Shown: piece after piece, positions 26,001-39,842 of the stretch
Layout: each line of letters starts with the position of its first letter
Position numbering within the stretch: position 1 is the stretch's first letter
DNA from: Felis catus
Lineage: Eukaryota
Assembly (NCBI RefSeq): GCF_018350175.1
Contig: NC_058368.1
Coordinates: forward strand, 170,750,001-170,814,000
Direction of reading: 5' to 3'
Length of the DNA stretch: 64,000 nucleotides
Made by a program: the position numbers and the translations under genes
Notes under the pieces: model-generated
Databases searched by the model: none
Seen by the model: only the letters and a program-made list of their open reading frames with translations
What the model was told of the DNA's origin: nothing

Positions 26001-27265
26001 TCTAGTTTCTTCTCTGCTGCAAGGATAAATTCATATTTATCTCTACCCCAGAAATCTGAAAAATGTATCAAATGGATTATTATATCTACAGTGCCTCCTC
26101 CCACTCCTACCACAAAATACCAAGTTGTCATTGGGAGAATTTTTTTTTTTCTGAGACTTTGGGATCAGAATAGTCTGGACTTATTTTTTCCATAATAACA
26201 CCAGGACACATTAGAGTGTTGTGATCAACCCTGTGGAAAGGTGGGGCATACATAATAAAGTACTATACACTGTGAATGATTTTTTTTCATCGATAAAGCA
26301 GATCCAAGGTTACCATCCTCACCTTTTAAATTGTGACATTTTTATAAAGGGAAATGTGGATGAGTGTCAGAATTTACCTACCACATTTATATCTGCAAAA
26401 AAAAAAAATTGAAATATCCTCTATTTCTATGACAATTAAAATTTTTCCCGAGACTGGTGGCACTGGATATGTGGGATAAAGGTACTTAAAATTTCCAGTC
26501 CAAGATATGTTAGTTTTTTCTCATTTAAGACTCTCTTTTAGTTTAGAAGAGTTTCTTTAGGGTAAATGTTCAGTGTAAGTTTATCCGTCCCCAAGCTGTT
26601 TCTCCCTTGTCCTATTCTTTTGATGCTTTCTTAAGTACTCCATGGGAGCATGGTGTCTACAGCAAGGGTGAAGTAACCCATGCACCACCGCCATTACCAG
26701 CTGCTGGCACCACTGAACACCTGACTGGGTGAGGGCACCAGCAGCTGTAGACAGCTGGGGATACATCATAGGGTTGAATAATGGTCAGACAGTCAGGGAC
26801 AGGACCAGACCAGCCAGGCAGCACAAAGTCAGAGATCAGCCCAGCCCATGAATCACGGGCCCCTTTCCACTGCCTTCTCTGAACCTGACAGTCCTGAAAG
26901 GTATCAGAGGGGGAGCAATGCTAGGACCATTATCGTGGAATGTTGTGCATGTCTACCCAATTACTCATGCATGGGACTTTTAAACACGGAGCCACTTGGC
27001 CTGGAAGAGACTTAATGGGAGTACATGGAAGATGAGCACATCACTCTAAAGAAAAAGATGTTGAGAAGAACTGAGCTGACACACTTTAGCTTCCGATTTC
27101 TGGAAGCATTTGGTCTCTTCGGAAAAGCAAAGTTCTGGAGTTAACTCATGTTAAGATGTTTCTTCAACAAGGGAGCCAAATCCAGAGACACAAACACTGC
27201 CCTGGAGCAACACCAACAATGGAATTTTTTTCAAACCTTAAATCATTAAGATTTCTACTCTCTAT

Positions 27266-27470
27266 GGGGCATCTGGGTAGCTCAGTCGGTTAAGCATCTT
27301 GGTTTCGGGTCAGGTCAGGATCTCACGGTTTTGTTGGTTCGAGCCCCACATTGGCCTCCTCTGTGCTGACAGTGAAGAGCCTGCTTGGGATTCTCTGTCT
27401 TCTCTTTCTGCCCTTCCCCACTTGCACTGTCTCTGTCTTGAAATAAATAAACTTTAATTTTTTTTTTTTA
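27266..27470 (+). mobile_element. CanSINE
   Basis: Typical head; TSD aagatttctactctct / aagacttctactctct. Confidence 0.92.
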
Positions 27471-28048
27471 AAAAGACTTCTACTCTCTCTTTCTTTATGA
27501 CCCCAGCCCCAGAGCATGATTATATAGCTTTTGGGGTCATTTAAAATCTTTTTTGTCAGTAACATATCTTTTTTTTTTAAAGGAAGTTTTTAGCATCCTT
27601 GAACAATATTTACGAGCATATTTGAAAGTCTTAATTATCTTAGAAAGAACAGTTAAGGAGCTAAAGCTTCTAAGAATCTCCAGGTATTCCCCTATTCAAA
27701 GCATACCCTCATAAGGAATTCAACCCCAAGATGTAACTGATGAGATTTAAAATACTAATGTTTATAAGAGTATTTTTTGTTTTCATTATTTGAGAGAGTA
27801 CAAAGTCATCAACTTCTTAAATATCTAATTAGTCAGTTTTATAACCGATAGATGATCACTTGTTTTAGGATTAAATGGATAGCTCAGGGTCTCCAGGGTA
27901 TACAGTGTTCTGCCCCACACTTCACATGGTTTGAGAATTGTGTACCTGAATCATTGCTGTCAAACTGAAAGAAATATAAAACCAAAACTGAGTTTTGTGT
28001 TTCCATCCTTTTTGGTACTTTTAAAAGTACTTTGAAAAGTACTGCCTT

Positions 28049-31000
28049 AGTCCTGAGAGAAAAATACATTGCAATCCAGGCCTATCTCAAGAACCCAGAA
28101 AAATCCCAAATACAAAATCTAACAGCACACCTAAAGGAAATAGAAGCAGAACAGCAAAGACAGCCTAAATCCAGCAGAAGAAGAGAAATAATAAAGGTCA
28201 GACCAGAAATAAACAATATAGAATCTAAAAAAACTGTAGAGCAGATCAACAAAACCAAGAGTTGGTTTTTTGAAAAAATAAACAAAATTGATAAACCTCT
28301 AGCCAGGCTTCTCAAAAAGAAAAGGGAGATGACCCAAATAGATAAAATCATGAATTAAAATGGAATTATTACAACCAACCCTCAGAAATACAAGAAATTA
28401 TCAGGGAATACTATGAAAAATTATATGCCAACAAACTGGACAACCTGGAAGAAATGGACAAATTCCTGAACACCCACACTCTTCCAAAACTCAATCAGAA
28501 GGAAATAGAATGCTTGAACAGACCCATAACCAGCGAAGCAATTGAATCGGTTATCAAAAATCTCCCAACAAATAAGAGTCCGGGACCAGATGGCTTCCCA
28601 GGGGAGTTCTACCAGACGTTTAAAGCAGAGATAATACCTATCCTTCTCAAGCTATTCCAAAACATAGAAAGGGAAGGAAAACTTCCAGACTCATTCTATG
28701 AAGCCAGCATTACTTTGATTCCTAAACCAGACAGAGACCCAGTAAAAAAAGAGAATTCCAGGCCAATATCCCTGATGAATATGGATGCAAAAATTCTCAA
28801 TAAGATACTAGCAAATCGAATTCAACAGCATATAAAAAGAATTATTCACCATGATCAAGTGGGATTCATTCCTGGGCTGCAGGGCTGGTTCAACATTCGC
28901 AAATCAATCAATGTGATACATCACATTAATAAAAGGAAAGATAAGAACCATATAATCCTGTCAATCAATGCAGAAAAAGCATGTGACAAAATTCAGCATC
29001 CTTTCTTAATAAAAACCCTCGAGAAAGTCGGGATAGCAGGAACATACTTAAAGATCATAAAAGCCATTTATGAAAAGCCCACAGCTAACATTATCCTCAA
29101 TGGGGAAAAACTAAGAGCTTTCTCCCTGAGATCAGGAACACGACAGGGATGTCCACTCTCACCGCTGTCGTTTAACATAGTGTTGGAAGTTCTAGCATCA
29201 GCAATCAGACAACAAAAGGAAATCAAAGGCATCAAAATTGGCAAAGATGAAGTTAAGCGTTCACTTTTTGCAGATGACATGATATTATACATGGAAAATC
29301 CGATAGACTCCACCAGAAGTCTGCTAGAACTGATACATGAATTCAGCAAAGTTGCAGGATACAAAATCAATGTACAGAAATTAGTTGCATTCTTATACAC
29401 TAATAATGAAGCAACAGAAAGACAAATAAAGAAACTGATCCCATTCACAATTGCACCAAGAAGCACAAAATATCTAGGAATAAATCTAACCAAAGATGTA
29501 AAAGATCTGTATGCTGAAAACTATAGAAAGCTGATGAAGGAACTTGAAGAAGATATAAAGAAATGGAAAAACATTCAGTGCTCATGGATTGGAAGAATAA
29601 ATATTGTCAAAATGTCAATACTACCCAAAGCTATCTACACATTCAATTCAATGCAATCCCAATCAAAATTGCACCAGCATTCTTCTCAAAGCTAGAACAA
29701 GCAATCCTAAAATTCATATGGAACACAAAAGGCCCCGAATAGCCAAAGTAATTTTGAAGAAGAAGACCAAAGCAGGAGGCATCACAATCCCAGACTTTAG
29801 CCTCTACTACAAAGCTGTCATCATCAAGACAGCATGGTATTGGCACAAAAACAGACACATAGACCAATGGAACAGAATAGAAACCCCAGAACTAGACTCA
29901 CAAACGTATGGCCAACTAATCTTTGACAAAGCAGGAAAGAATATCCAATGGAAAAAAGACAGTCTCTTTAACAAATGGTGCTGGGAGAACTGGACAGCAA
30001 CATGCAAAAGGATGAATCTAGACTACTTTCTTACACCATTCACAAAAACAAACTCAAAATCGATAAAGGACCTGAATGTGATACAGGAAATCATCAAAAC
30101 CCTAGAGGAGAAAGCAGGAAAAGACCTCTCTGACCTCAGCCATAGCAATTTCTTCCTTGACACATCCCCAAAGGCAAGGGAATTAAAAGCAAAAATGAAC
30201 TACTGGGACATTATGAAGATAAAAAGCTTCTGCACAGCAAGGGAAACAACCAACAAAAGTAAAAGGCAACCAACGGAATGGGAAAAGATATTTGCAAATG
30301 ACATATCGGACAAAGGGCTAGTATCCAAAATCTATAAAGAGCTCACCAAACTCCACACTCGAAAAACAAATAACCCAGTGAAGAAATGGGCAGAAAACAT
30401 GAATAGACACTCCTCTAAAGAAGACATCCAGATGGTCAACAGGCACATGAAAAGATGCTCAGTGTCGCTCCTCATCAGGGAAGTACAAATCAAAACCATA
30501 CTCAGATATCACCTCACGCCAGTCAGAGTGGCCAAAATGAACAAATCAGGAGACTATAGATGCTGGCGAGGATGTGGAGAAACAGGAACCCTCTTGCACT
30601 GTTGGTGGGAATGCAAATTGGTGCAGCCACTCTGGAAAACAGTGTGGAGGTTCCTCAAAAAATTAAAAATAGACCTACCCTATGACCCAGCAATAGCACT
30701 GCTAGGAATTTACCCAAGGGATACAGGAGAACAGATACATATGGGCACTTGTACCCCAATGTTTATAGCAGCACTCTCAACAATAGCCAAATTATGGAAA
30801 GAGCCTAAATGTCCATCAACTGATGAATGGATAAAGAAATTGTGGTTTATATACACAATGGAATACTACATGGCAATGAGAATGAATGAAATATGGCCCT
30901 TTGTAGCAACATGGATGGAACTGGAGAGTGTGATGCTAAGTGAAATAAGCCATACAGAGAAAGACAGATACCATATGGTTTCACTCTTATGTGGATCCTC

Positions 31001-31238
31001 AGAAACTTAACAGAAACCCATGGGGGAGGGGAAGGAAAAAAAAAAAAAGAGGTTAGAGTGGGAGAGAGCCAAAGCATAAGAGACTGTTAAAAACTGAGAA
31101 CAAACTGAGGGTTGATGGGGGGTGGGAGGGTGGGGAGGGTGGGTGATGGGTATTGAGGAGGGCACCTTTTGGGATGAGCACTGGGTGTTGTATGGAAACC
31201 AATGTGACAATAAACTTCATATGTTGGGAAAAAAAAAA
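28049..31238 (+). mobile_element. 5'-truncated LINE-1 (~3.2 kb), sense to CAMK4, disrupted ORF2
   Basis: ORFs 28032-28358, 28454-29695 and 29604-31010 are ORF2 pieces (Z domain, RT with FADD, C-terminus). AATAAA at 31209-31214 and an A-tail. Perfect 15-bp TSD gaaaagtactgcctt at 28034-28048 and 31239-31253. Confidence 0.97.
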
Positions 31239-31283
31239 GAAAAGTACTGCCTTGACCACATAAAAATCACTGAAAGCCACCTA

Positions 31284-31851
31284 TGCTGGTAGGCTGGGTC
31301 TGGGGACCCAGAGAGGTCCCCAGGACCAGCGAAGAGGGTCCCTGGCTGCATGCAGGATCGAAATCAAACGTGAGCCGGCAAGAGGTGAAAGCAGAGTTTA
31401 TTGAAGGTATAGGGAGAGTGCAGGTATAGAATGTTTGGAAGACTCAGAAGGGAAAGGAGGGAGTCTCATCTTTGTTTGGGGTCTGGGGATCTTTTTATTG
31501 AGGATCATGATGTGGTGTACCTATTGTCTCAGGAATCCAGGAACCACCTAGAACAAAGATGATGCCCCGGGTGTTATTCTATGGAGCCAGGGGGCTTTGG
31601 CCTTGAGATGTCTATTGCTGGTGGTCTGGAATACACATATGATAGCTGTGTCTGGTCATTCTCACCTGGTCCATCCTTAGATGTTCTCTATTCTAGAGAA
31701 GTCATTAACTTCTTGCCCCTTACACAGAGGACATGCGCCACTTGCACTGAGGCATGTGCAAAGTAGAGGTGCAGGTCCTAGCAAGAATAGAAGCAGGAAA
31801 AGGACCAGAAAGCAAGCTTTTATGCATTCCTTCAGTTTCGCTATCTCAGCA
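31284..31851 (-). mobile_element. ERV1-like solo LTR
   Basis: TG...CA-type ends, reverse poly(A) signal (gagtttattg, ~31394-31403), and GC content above the flanks. TSD not resolved. Confidence 0.6.
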
Positions 31852-32892
31852 CTAAAAGGGGATGATGCACTTTGTTCATTTCTATAGGAACTTTTTGATG
31901 TCTGTAGGGCATTGCTGATACCCAGCACTGGAGTAACTCAGGTGTGACCTCAGCGGCCAACAGTGATTAATAAACATAAGAAATTGGTTTTAAAACCTCC
32001 GTGGAGCTTAACCAAAGAAGTACAGCTCTTATTCCAATCTTCAAAAATAGTGAAGGAAGGCATTTAAATGTAAATGCAAACAGATATCAGTCCCCCTCTT
32101 TGATTACCCTCAAATAAGGAGATTATATTGGATAGAGTTTAGGATTTTGATGAAACTGTCTTTCACTGAAAAGAAGAACAAAACCGTATTTCAAGTTTAT
32201 TAGACATTTTTTCCTTCCTAGAATGGCACTCTCATAAATCCCAATATTTCTAAATTTAGTTTATTTCCATTGCAGTAATTTTTATGGGAAAATATAGAAA
32301 AATGAAAATAGAAGACTAGGAAATATTTACTTTACTTTTACAAGATCCTTTCAGGAAAGGCACTGAACATCTACCATGAGCCAGGAGATTTCATATATAT
32401 TTTAACTTACTCCTTACAACAATGATACTGTATGTAGCAATTATCATGTCCATGTTATCTATGAATAAATTGAAATATCCTCAAACAGGATAAATGATTT
32501 TATCAAGGACTTAATGGCAGAACCAGAATTCAAGTTGCATTTTGAAATAAAGTACAGCCATGGAACGTCATTACAGAATGATTTATATGAGTAGCAAATT
32601 GTAAGAAATCATAAGTATCTAATGATAAATATAGCCATTGATGACACCAGGCCATTAGGAAGCTGTTTTACATTCTGCTTGTGAATGGCAGGTGACCATA
32701 AGGTTTTATGATATTTTTCATGAAAATTAAAAGAAACAAAACTGTATCTCCACATTTGAAGTATGTAAAGAAATATTCAGAGTTGAAAGAGTTGAAAGAA
32801 AGTGAACCAGAATACTAGTGATAGTTGTGTTACAACAGTGGGTATGTTCCTCACTCTTACGTTTTCAACATTTTTTTTTAATGTGACTATGA

Positions 32893-33089
32893 GGGGTGCC
32901 TGGGTGGCTCAGTCAGTTAAGCCTCTGCCTCTTGATTTTGGCTCAGGTCATGATTTCAGTGTTAGTTCAAGCCCTGCATTGGGCTCCGCGTTGCAGAGCC
33001 TGTTTGGTGTTCTCTCTCTCTCTCTCTCTGACTCTCCCCTGTGCTTGCTCTCTCTTGCTCTCTCTCAAAAATAAATAAATTTTTAAAAA
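32893..33089 (+). mobile_element. CanSINE
   Basis: ggggtgcctgggtggctcagtcagttaag head, (CT)n, tail; degenerate TSD aatgtgactatga / aatatggctatga. Confidence 0.92.
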
Positions 33090-33799
33090 AATATGGCTAT
33101 GAAACTTATCTAAAAATTCTAGTATCTCTTTATTTTCTTCTAGCCCTGGCAACATGCTCCTGAAAAGAGAATTTGGGAGGCTGACATTACATTCCTTTCT
33201 TATCACAGGATATCAACTTCTTTTTTGCAAGGATCTGACTGTACTGGTGTTGATGTGCCCTCATTTTGGAATATGCAGGAGTAGGGACCTAGCAAAGCTT
33301 TCCTCTTGAACTGTCCCCTGGCAGGCACAGAGACAAGGCCAAGAATTTTCACGTACATCCCTATCCCCTATCCCCTATCCCCTACCAAGGATCCCCCAGC
33401 TCTCCAACTTTCACTGTTACCATTTCCTCATTTTCATCACTTCATCTTCTTGTAATCTTTTTTTCCAGTTGTGTTTGATTCAAAGCACTGATCGCACACA
33501 AAAAGGCAAGGTGTGCTGTAATATAATAATAATCCTTTGTGACTCACAGTTTGGAAACTGCAGGCTATTATCCATGCAGGCCCTAGATATGGGGGCTTCC
33601 AGATCTTTGCCAGTAAGATAGTTGTTCTCCACTCCATTGGTGTCAATAACATGACAAAAATGTTACACAGATTCAACTGTCAGGAGAACAGACTAATCTG
33701 TTCTAATCTAACAGTTCTAATCTTAACTAACCAAAGCTGTCAAACCAGGGATCTTTTTTTTAAGCCACCCATCTTTTGTATTCATATACTAGCTTAATC

Positions 33800-34740
33800 C
33801 TTCCTTCCTTCATTCTTCATTCAACAAATTATTGTATACCAGGCATTGGTAAATAATGCTGGAGATGTGAATGTGTAGAAAATAAAACCCTTGCTGTCAC
33901 AGAGCTTGTGTTCTGGTGGAAGAATCAAATAATGAATTAGTAAATGATAATCTAGATGTTTGTAAATGTTATAAAGAGATTAGGGTGATATGATTCATGG
34001 TGTATATATGTATGTGTAGTCACTTTTGATGGAGTGGCCAGGGAAGGCCTCTCAGTTACTCTCTGAGTGAAGTCAGAAGGTCTAGTGGAAAAGGAAGTAG
34101 CAAGTGCAAAGACTTTGGAGAATGGTCTAGTAGTTGAATGGCCTAGGTAGAGCAAAAAATGACATAAGATCAAAACAGTGAGGCCAAGCCGTCCAGAGTT
34201 TTATGGTCCATGGTAAAGAGTTTGCATTTATTCTAAGCACAATGGATGTGAACAAAGGCATTTAAGTTGGAGAATGACATGATCTGATTTATATTTTAAA
34301 GACCTCACTCTGGCTTGTATGCAAAGGGAATGATTGGAAAGGGTAAGAATACAAGCAGAGAGATTAGTTAGGAAGTATTTCAATACTTATGCAGCCTTTA
34401 AAGTAGAAGAAAAGTCAGAGCAGAATGGTGACATGGAATAATCAATTTTATTTGAAGAATGGAGTGATCAAATATATCAAATGCTGCTAACAGGATAAGA
34501 TGAGTAGTTTGGCTCCAAGTGCTTCTCCAAGAAGGCCACTGATTTCTTCTATAAGAGTGGTTGGAGGAGTTCTTGGAATGAAGCCAGACTGGGTTGCACT
34601 GACAAAAAGGTGGGGGGGGGGGGTGTAGGTGGAGGGAGGAAGTGGAGAAAGAAAGCGGAGACAACTCTAGAGAGTTTTTCTGTGGAGGGAAGCAGAGAAA
34701 TGCTTTGAAAGCAGGAAGACAGGTGAGGAACTGAGGGATG
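33800..34740 (-). mobile_element. LINE-2 fragment
   Basis: ttcattcaacaaat terminus and L2-like purine-rich body. Confidence 0.65.
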
Positions 34741-35769
34741 AGATCTTTTTAAGGATAAGAGGTATTAAATCAGGGTTACCTCCATATATTCTTAATCTCA
34801 GGGAGAGATACAGAGATTAAAGAACGAGGAAAGAGCTAGTGAAAGATACAAAGTCCTTTCTCCTTAATATACCATGTTCTCTCCGCTCTCTTCTTTCTCT
34901 CTGTTAAGCCAAATCTGTTTCTAGTGAGAGTCTAGCATGAGCCAAATCTTTTGTATAAACGCTGTTCAGCTTGTCATCTCTCCCAGGAATATTTTAAGCC
35001 TGTTTCATTCACTGTAAAATAAAAGGCTGTTCCTTGTGAAAGAATTTCTGGCATCTGTGAGCAGAACGGCTTAGATTTTAGAATGTAGGAGTAAGGGAGC
35101 CGAGGCACCTTGCTTAAAGGAGCTGCCCTGTTCTGAATCTACCTGACTACAGAAATTTCAGGTTCTGAAATACAAGCATCTTTCTTTCAGGTCAGAGCCA
35201 TTCTTGACTTGCCTAAACTCTGTCCCCATCCGTGGGCTCCCCCTTCCATTGGAAAGTTCTACTTTTCTCCATTTTGCCATCCCAGTGACTGAAGAGTCTG
35301 CAAGGAGTGGGAGGTGACTATTAACAGGACTATAGAAAAATGAGTTTCACAGTTTTCAAAACCAAGCTTATTTGATTGACATACTTTATTAGAGTTTGTC
35401 TTCCCATGCTAATCAGAACAAGGTTGGTTTTATGCTAGTCAGTGTTAAATGTAAAATAGGATACTGGTTCCTCTATAATTAATGCCCTTCCTGTCCCACC
35501 CCATCATGTCCAACGCTTGTCACTGCCATCACCTCCACAGTGCAGCTTCCCCTTCCGTTCTCCTCTCCACTGGGTCCAAACTCACACTTAAAGATCTGGG
35601 AGGAGAACATTCAAGCAGAAAACTATCTTTGTACTGACAAAGTGGAAAGGCCTAGAAGTGTAAATGATCTTGGCTTCTTCAGAGATCAGTTAGATGATTA
35701 GTGAGCTAGAATAAAAGGGGACAGCTCATAGGTGAGTTCAGTCCAAGGGATAGGGCCAAAATGTTTTTA

Positions 35770-36630
35770 GCATCCTTCTGAACCTGCTCCTCTAGTCTTA
35801 GCCCCCACCCCACCCTGGTAAGTGGCAATTTTATGCTTCCTGTTTCTCATGCTGAAAGAGTTGTGGTCAACTTTTACCCTTTTTGTTCTCTTACATCCCA
35901 TAGCCAGTTCATCTGCAGATACTTTTTTCTCTTCCTTAAAAATATCCATCTGCTTCATACCTCTATCATCACTATCACCTGGGCCCAAACCTCCATAATC
36001 GCTCCTTGGAACAACTGCCCTAACTTGGTACCGAGTCTCCCTACTTTTATTCTTTTCATCATCCTCATCCCTACAAGATTCAGAATATCCTTTTAAATCT
36101 TAACTAAGATCATGTCTTTCCTTTCTCAAAACCTCCCAATTGTGTCTGACCTCTCTGGTACTAAAATGCAAAGTTGTTACCTTGGTCAAGGTGGCTCTTT
36201 ATTTACATGGCTCCTGGTCATGAGGAGCCTCCATCATCATCTACTCCTTTCCTCCTCTCTCACTCTGCTTTGGCTAATCTGGCCTCCTTGTTGGCACTCT
36301 TAGCTGAGGGCCTTTGTGTTTGCTGTTTCTCTGTGCGGAACACTCCTCCCTCAAATCCAAGTTGCTATGTCCCATGCCACTTTATCAGAGAGACTTTTCC
36401 TGACCTTCCATCTCAAACAGCACCCTTCACCATCCTATGTCCTTAACCTTTTTTTTTTTTTTCCTTAGTATCTATCAACTCTGGACTGTTTGTTTGTCTG
36501 TTTTTGTCTTCAGTAGAAAATAAGCTTCTCAGGACATAAAATTCCTAGGAAGTTTATCCATTTTGTTCACTGCTATATCCTCATGGCCAAAATAACATCT
36601 GCATAGTGGGTGCTCAAAAATATTTGTGGA
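35770..36630 (+). mobile_element. LINE-2 3' fragment
   Basis: ttgttcactgctatatcc...gtgctcaaaaatatttgtggaa L2 terminus. Confidence 0.7.
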
Positions 36631-36632
36631 AA

Positions 36633-36842
36633 AGGGCATCTTGGTGGCTCAGTCAGTTAAGTGTCTGACTTCAGCTCAGGTCATGATCTCGCAGTTCGTG
36701 GGTTTGAACCCTGTGTCTGGCTCTGTGCTGACAGCTCAGAGCCTGGAGCCTGCTTCACATTCTGTATCTCCCTCTCTTGCTCTGCCCTCCCCCCACTTGC
36801 ACTCTGCCTCTTTCTCTCTCAAAAATAAGTAAACATTAAATG

Positions 36843-36893
<51 letters not shown>

Positions 36894-36895
36894 CA
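36633..36895 (+). mobile_element. CanSINE with (TA)n tail, inserted at the 3' end of an L2
   Basis: SINEC body; (TA)n at ~36842-36890; TSD core tatttgtggaa on both sides. Confidence 0.92.
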
Positions 36896-36959
36896 TGTAT
36901 TTGTGGAATTAGTGGATGAAGTTAATTGGATACAGAAGTATATAGATTGATAGATTGAA

Positions 36960-37900
36960 TGATGAGAAGATTATGTTCTCTTTGTGTTGTTTATACCTTC
37001 TCAGTGGATTAGAAGCAAGGCTGTGATAGGAGAGTGAAGGGAGGAGGGTGTATTGAATGTTAGAGGAGACTGAGTGTAAAGTGTTCTGTTGTAGAGTGAG
37101 GAGCTGAGGGTCCCCTGAGATTTGGGGTCATAAATTAAAAATGGAACAAGTCAAGATGGTTGTGCACCTTATTCCGGACACTTCAGTTCACTCACAGACA
37201 TGGAGTGAAAGAAAAGTAAAGTTTGACCAACTTAAGTGTTTTTCTTGGCAAACCCCAATAAGAGCAAAGGATTTGGGGGAATATGCACATCCATGCTTAT
37301 CCTAATGGACCATGAATCTAAGAACTAAAAAGACAGGAAGTGGAAAGCAGAGAGTATGCTATTTGAAATCAATATCTTTGAAGGGGTACAATTGATGATA
37401 ATGATAAAGCCTGGAATATGACCATGGGAATGGGTTACTAGGAGGGAGTAGAGGAAGAGATTGTTGGAATTTGAGGAAATAGCAAAGAAACTAGAGGCAA
37501 GGATGTTGACGGGATCATTCACATGAAAGTTGAAGTTGTTAGGAATGATGACAGATCAGTGGTTGAGGTGAAGTTGCTGAAACCTGGTAAAATCTTCAGT
37601 ATAGGATGAGTAACAAAGAGATAGGAAGATGACTAAAACAAAAAGAGGTTGCAGATTGTGTTGGCTGATGGCAGACATTTTAAAACAGCTGAGGTTTTAG
37701 GGGGACAAGGGAGGAGAAATTGTTTAGAGATAGCAATGGAGAACAAGAAGGACCCCTACCCTTCCAGGCCTGTGATATATTTCCTATTGGGACAAAAACA
37801 AGACACCACTTGAGAGGACTATGAGAAAAGTAAGGTATCATGAGATGTCCAGGTTTCTATTAGATCAAGAATATAGAGAGAATAATCAGACTTCGTTAAA
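36960..37900 (-). mobile_element. LINE-2 internal fragment
   Basis: ORF 37325-37522 resembles a decayed L2/CR1 endonuclease segment (THSHGH). Boundaries approximate. Confidence 0.5.
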
Positions 37901-39209
37901 ATTCCACAGGGGTTGGAGATACGAGCCTCAGTATTTTTATCTGTGTCCCACATTTGATTTTTGCATGTTCATACAGCAATTCTTACCTTTTAAATCCTTG
38001 TAGGCTAAAACTGTCATTCTTGAACTTAACAAAGTGCCAGCTGTCAAGTCTTTTCATCAAGCATGTTAGTGCTGACATGTACTTGTTGATATGTCAGAGG
38101 ATGCTAAATTAAGCAGAAGCTATGCAGAAGAGAATTGCTGTGAAAATTTAAAGACACTTGACTTCTTATTTATTTATCCACTAATTATGTGTATTTTGCC
38201 TTTTTCTACAAAGTATTTGAGGAGCACAGTTCTGTACTTCACATTCCATTCTTTGGTCACTGTGCAAACCACAGATGAGCCTAAGAAACCAGAGAAAGAA
38301 TAGATAGACAAACAAGATTTATGGTCTCGATTCCTGCAAAGAACATGGGATGAGGCTGAGCATTTGATGTGGAAATGCCACTGTACTTGACTGAGTCCCA
38401 GAATTAGAGCAGTGGTCTCTACTCATATAGGTCACCCCACCTCACCAAGAGTACTTAAAATGCCAGAGTCCGGATCTAGGCCACATCTGAGATGGCCAAG
38501 CGGCTCAAGTTCACCAGAGATCTGGTGTTAAAAATCCTCTCCTTCCCAATTCCTTTACCACCTGACTCCATCTGTCACTCCCACAATGCAGAAACGGGTT
38601 TCCTTTTCTTTCTGTAAGCCCTCATTACTTCTTCTTCACGTATTTTTCAATCCTCTCTCCCTTCTTTTCTACAACTTTCTCAGCCCCAGCACAGGAGTGT
38701 TTTTGCTGTATATTTTAATGAAGGGTCCGTGTTTGATCAACTCTTTTCTAACAGTGGAAACTTTTTCTCTTAGATTACTCTATAATCATACATTTTGTCA
38801 TTTCTTTTTCTCCCCCCATGGAGGCAGATAGCAAAATTGGGATTTCTTTCAATATTAAGGCATCTTGAGTTCCATGGAGTATTAAAAGTGTACACATCTG
38901 TGTAACCACTTTTATTAAATTATTTCATTAATATTTTTCATATGCATAATCTTCAAAAATATGTTTTATATTGAAAGTATTTCAAAAGCTATTAAAATTG
39001 AATGTTTCAAAAGTGACTTTATGGAGATGAAAGGAAATACTTCTTTGAATTTTTAGGGCAATTTAAATAGAGGAGCTAAAATAGGTTTTAAGAAAAACCC
39101 CATGTGCCCAAGCCATTCAAATTGGTAACTAGAACAATGACACAATGTAAGTGGAAGACAGAGCTCTTAAGGATTAGCAGTAAAATGCAGTAAATTAGAG
39201 AGGCAGGAA

Positions 39210-39842
39210 TGTAATCCCATTGTTGTCAATCTGGTTTACCTTGTGACTGATAAAAACTCAAGAACCCATCGTGACTGGAGAAATTCCTATGGGCTTCTCC
39301 AGATTCCTTCTGTCTACCAGTCTTCCAGACCAGGGAAAGCTGGATTGCCCACTAGCTACTTCATGCAGTTAGGCCAACCAGACACACACCTGAAACTTCT
39401 AGCCCTTCCAGCCACTTCTGGATTTGAATGGGACATAATACCTTATGAGGAGGGGTATAGCATCACGACTGCCAAAGAGACTGGATATGCAACCTGAAAA
39501 TATGGAAAAGTTAACACCAAAAGGTGAGATTTCACCGGTGGGAAACAGGATAAGGAGATCCCTGGGCAGATGCCTGGGGTCCCTCCTATGAACTTCTTCA
39601 ATCATGATAGGTAAAGCTTCTCTGGATAAGTACTGTATGCCAACTGGCTGCAACTGCCCGTATGACCTGCTATTTCTTTATAGCTCATTGTGACACAGTA
39701 GTCAGTGTGCTGACTGCATCGTGTCCCTGTTATCTCACCGTACTTCCATTTTCTCCCACTCTAACTGCATCTTCCGAATAAAACACCAGCGTGTTGATCC
39801 TTGCCTCATATTTGTTTGCTGGGGAACCTGGGCTAAAATACA
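39210..39842 (+). mobile_element. ERVL (LTR16/LTR33-like) solo LTR
   Basis: 3' end aataaa...tccttgcctca...ctggggaacctgggctaaaataca resembles the LTR16-family terminus. Confidence 0.6.

Noticed and set aside
29068..29493. 141-aa antisense ORF conserved in both L1s (also 54512-54937)
   Set aside because: A by-product of the ORF2 reverse frame in homologous copies; no independent evidence of coding.
28454..31010. 413-aa and 468-aa ORFs as a novel or domesticated reverse transcriptase system
   Set aside because: These are frameshifted pieces of ordinary L1 ORF2 with a mutated catalytic Asp, inside a TSD-bounded truncated L1.
36620..36640. ttgtggaaaaggg resembling the start of the next CAMK4 exon (IVEKG...)
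   Set aside because: It is the L2 terminus/SINE junction, has no acceptor, does not continue as YYSERD, and lies upstream of exon 3. I did not find the next exon in this window.
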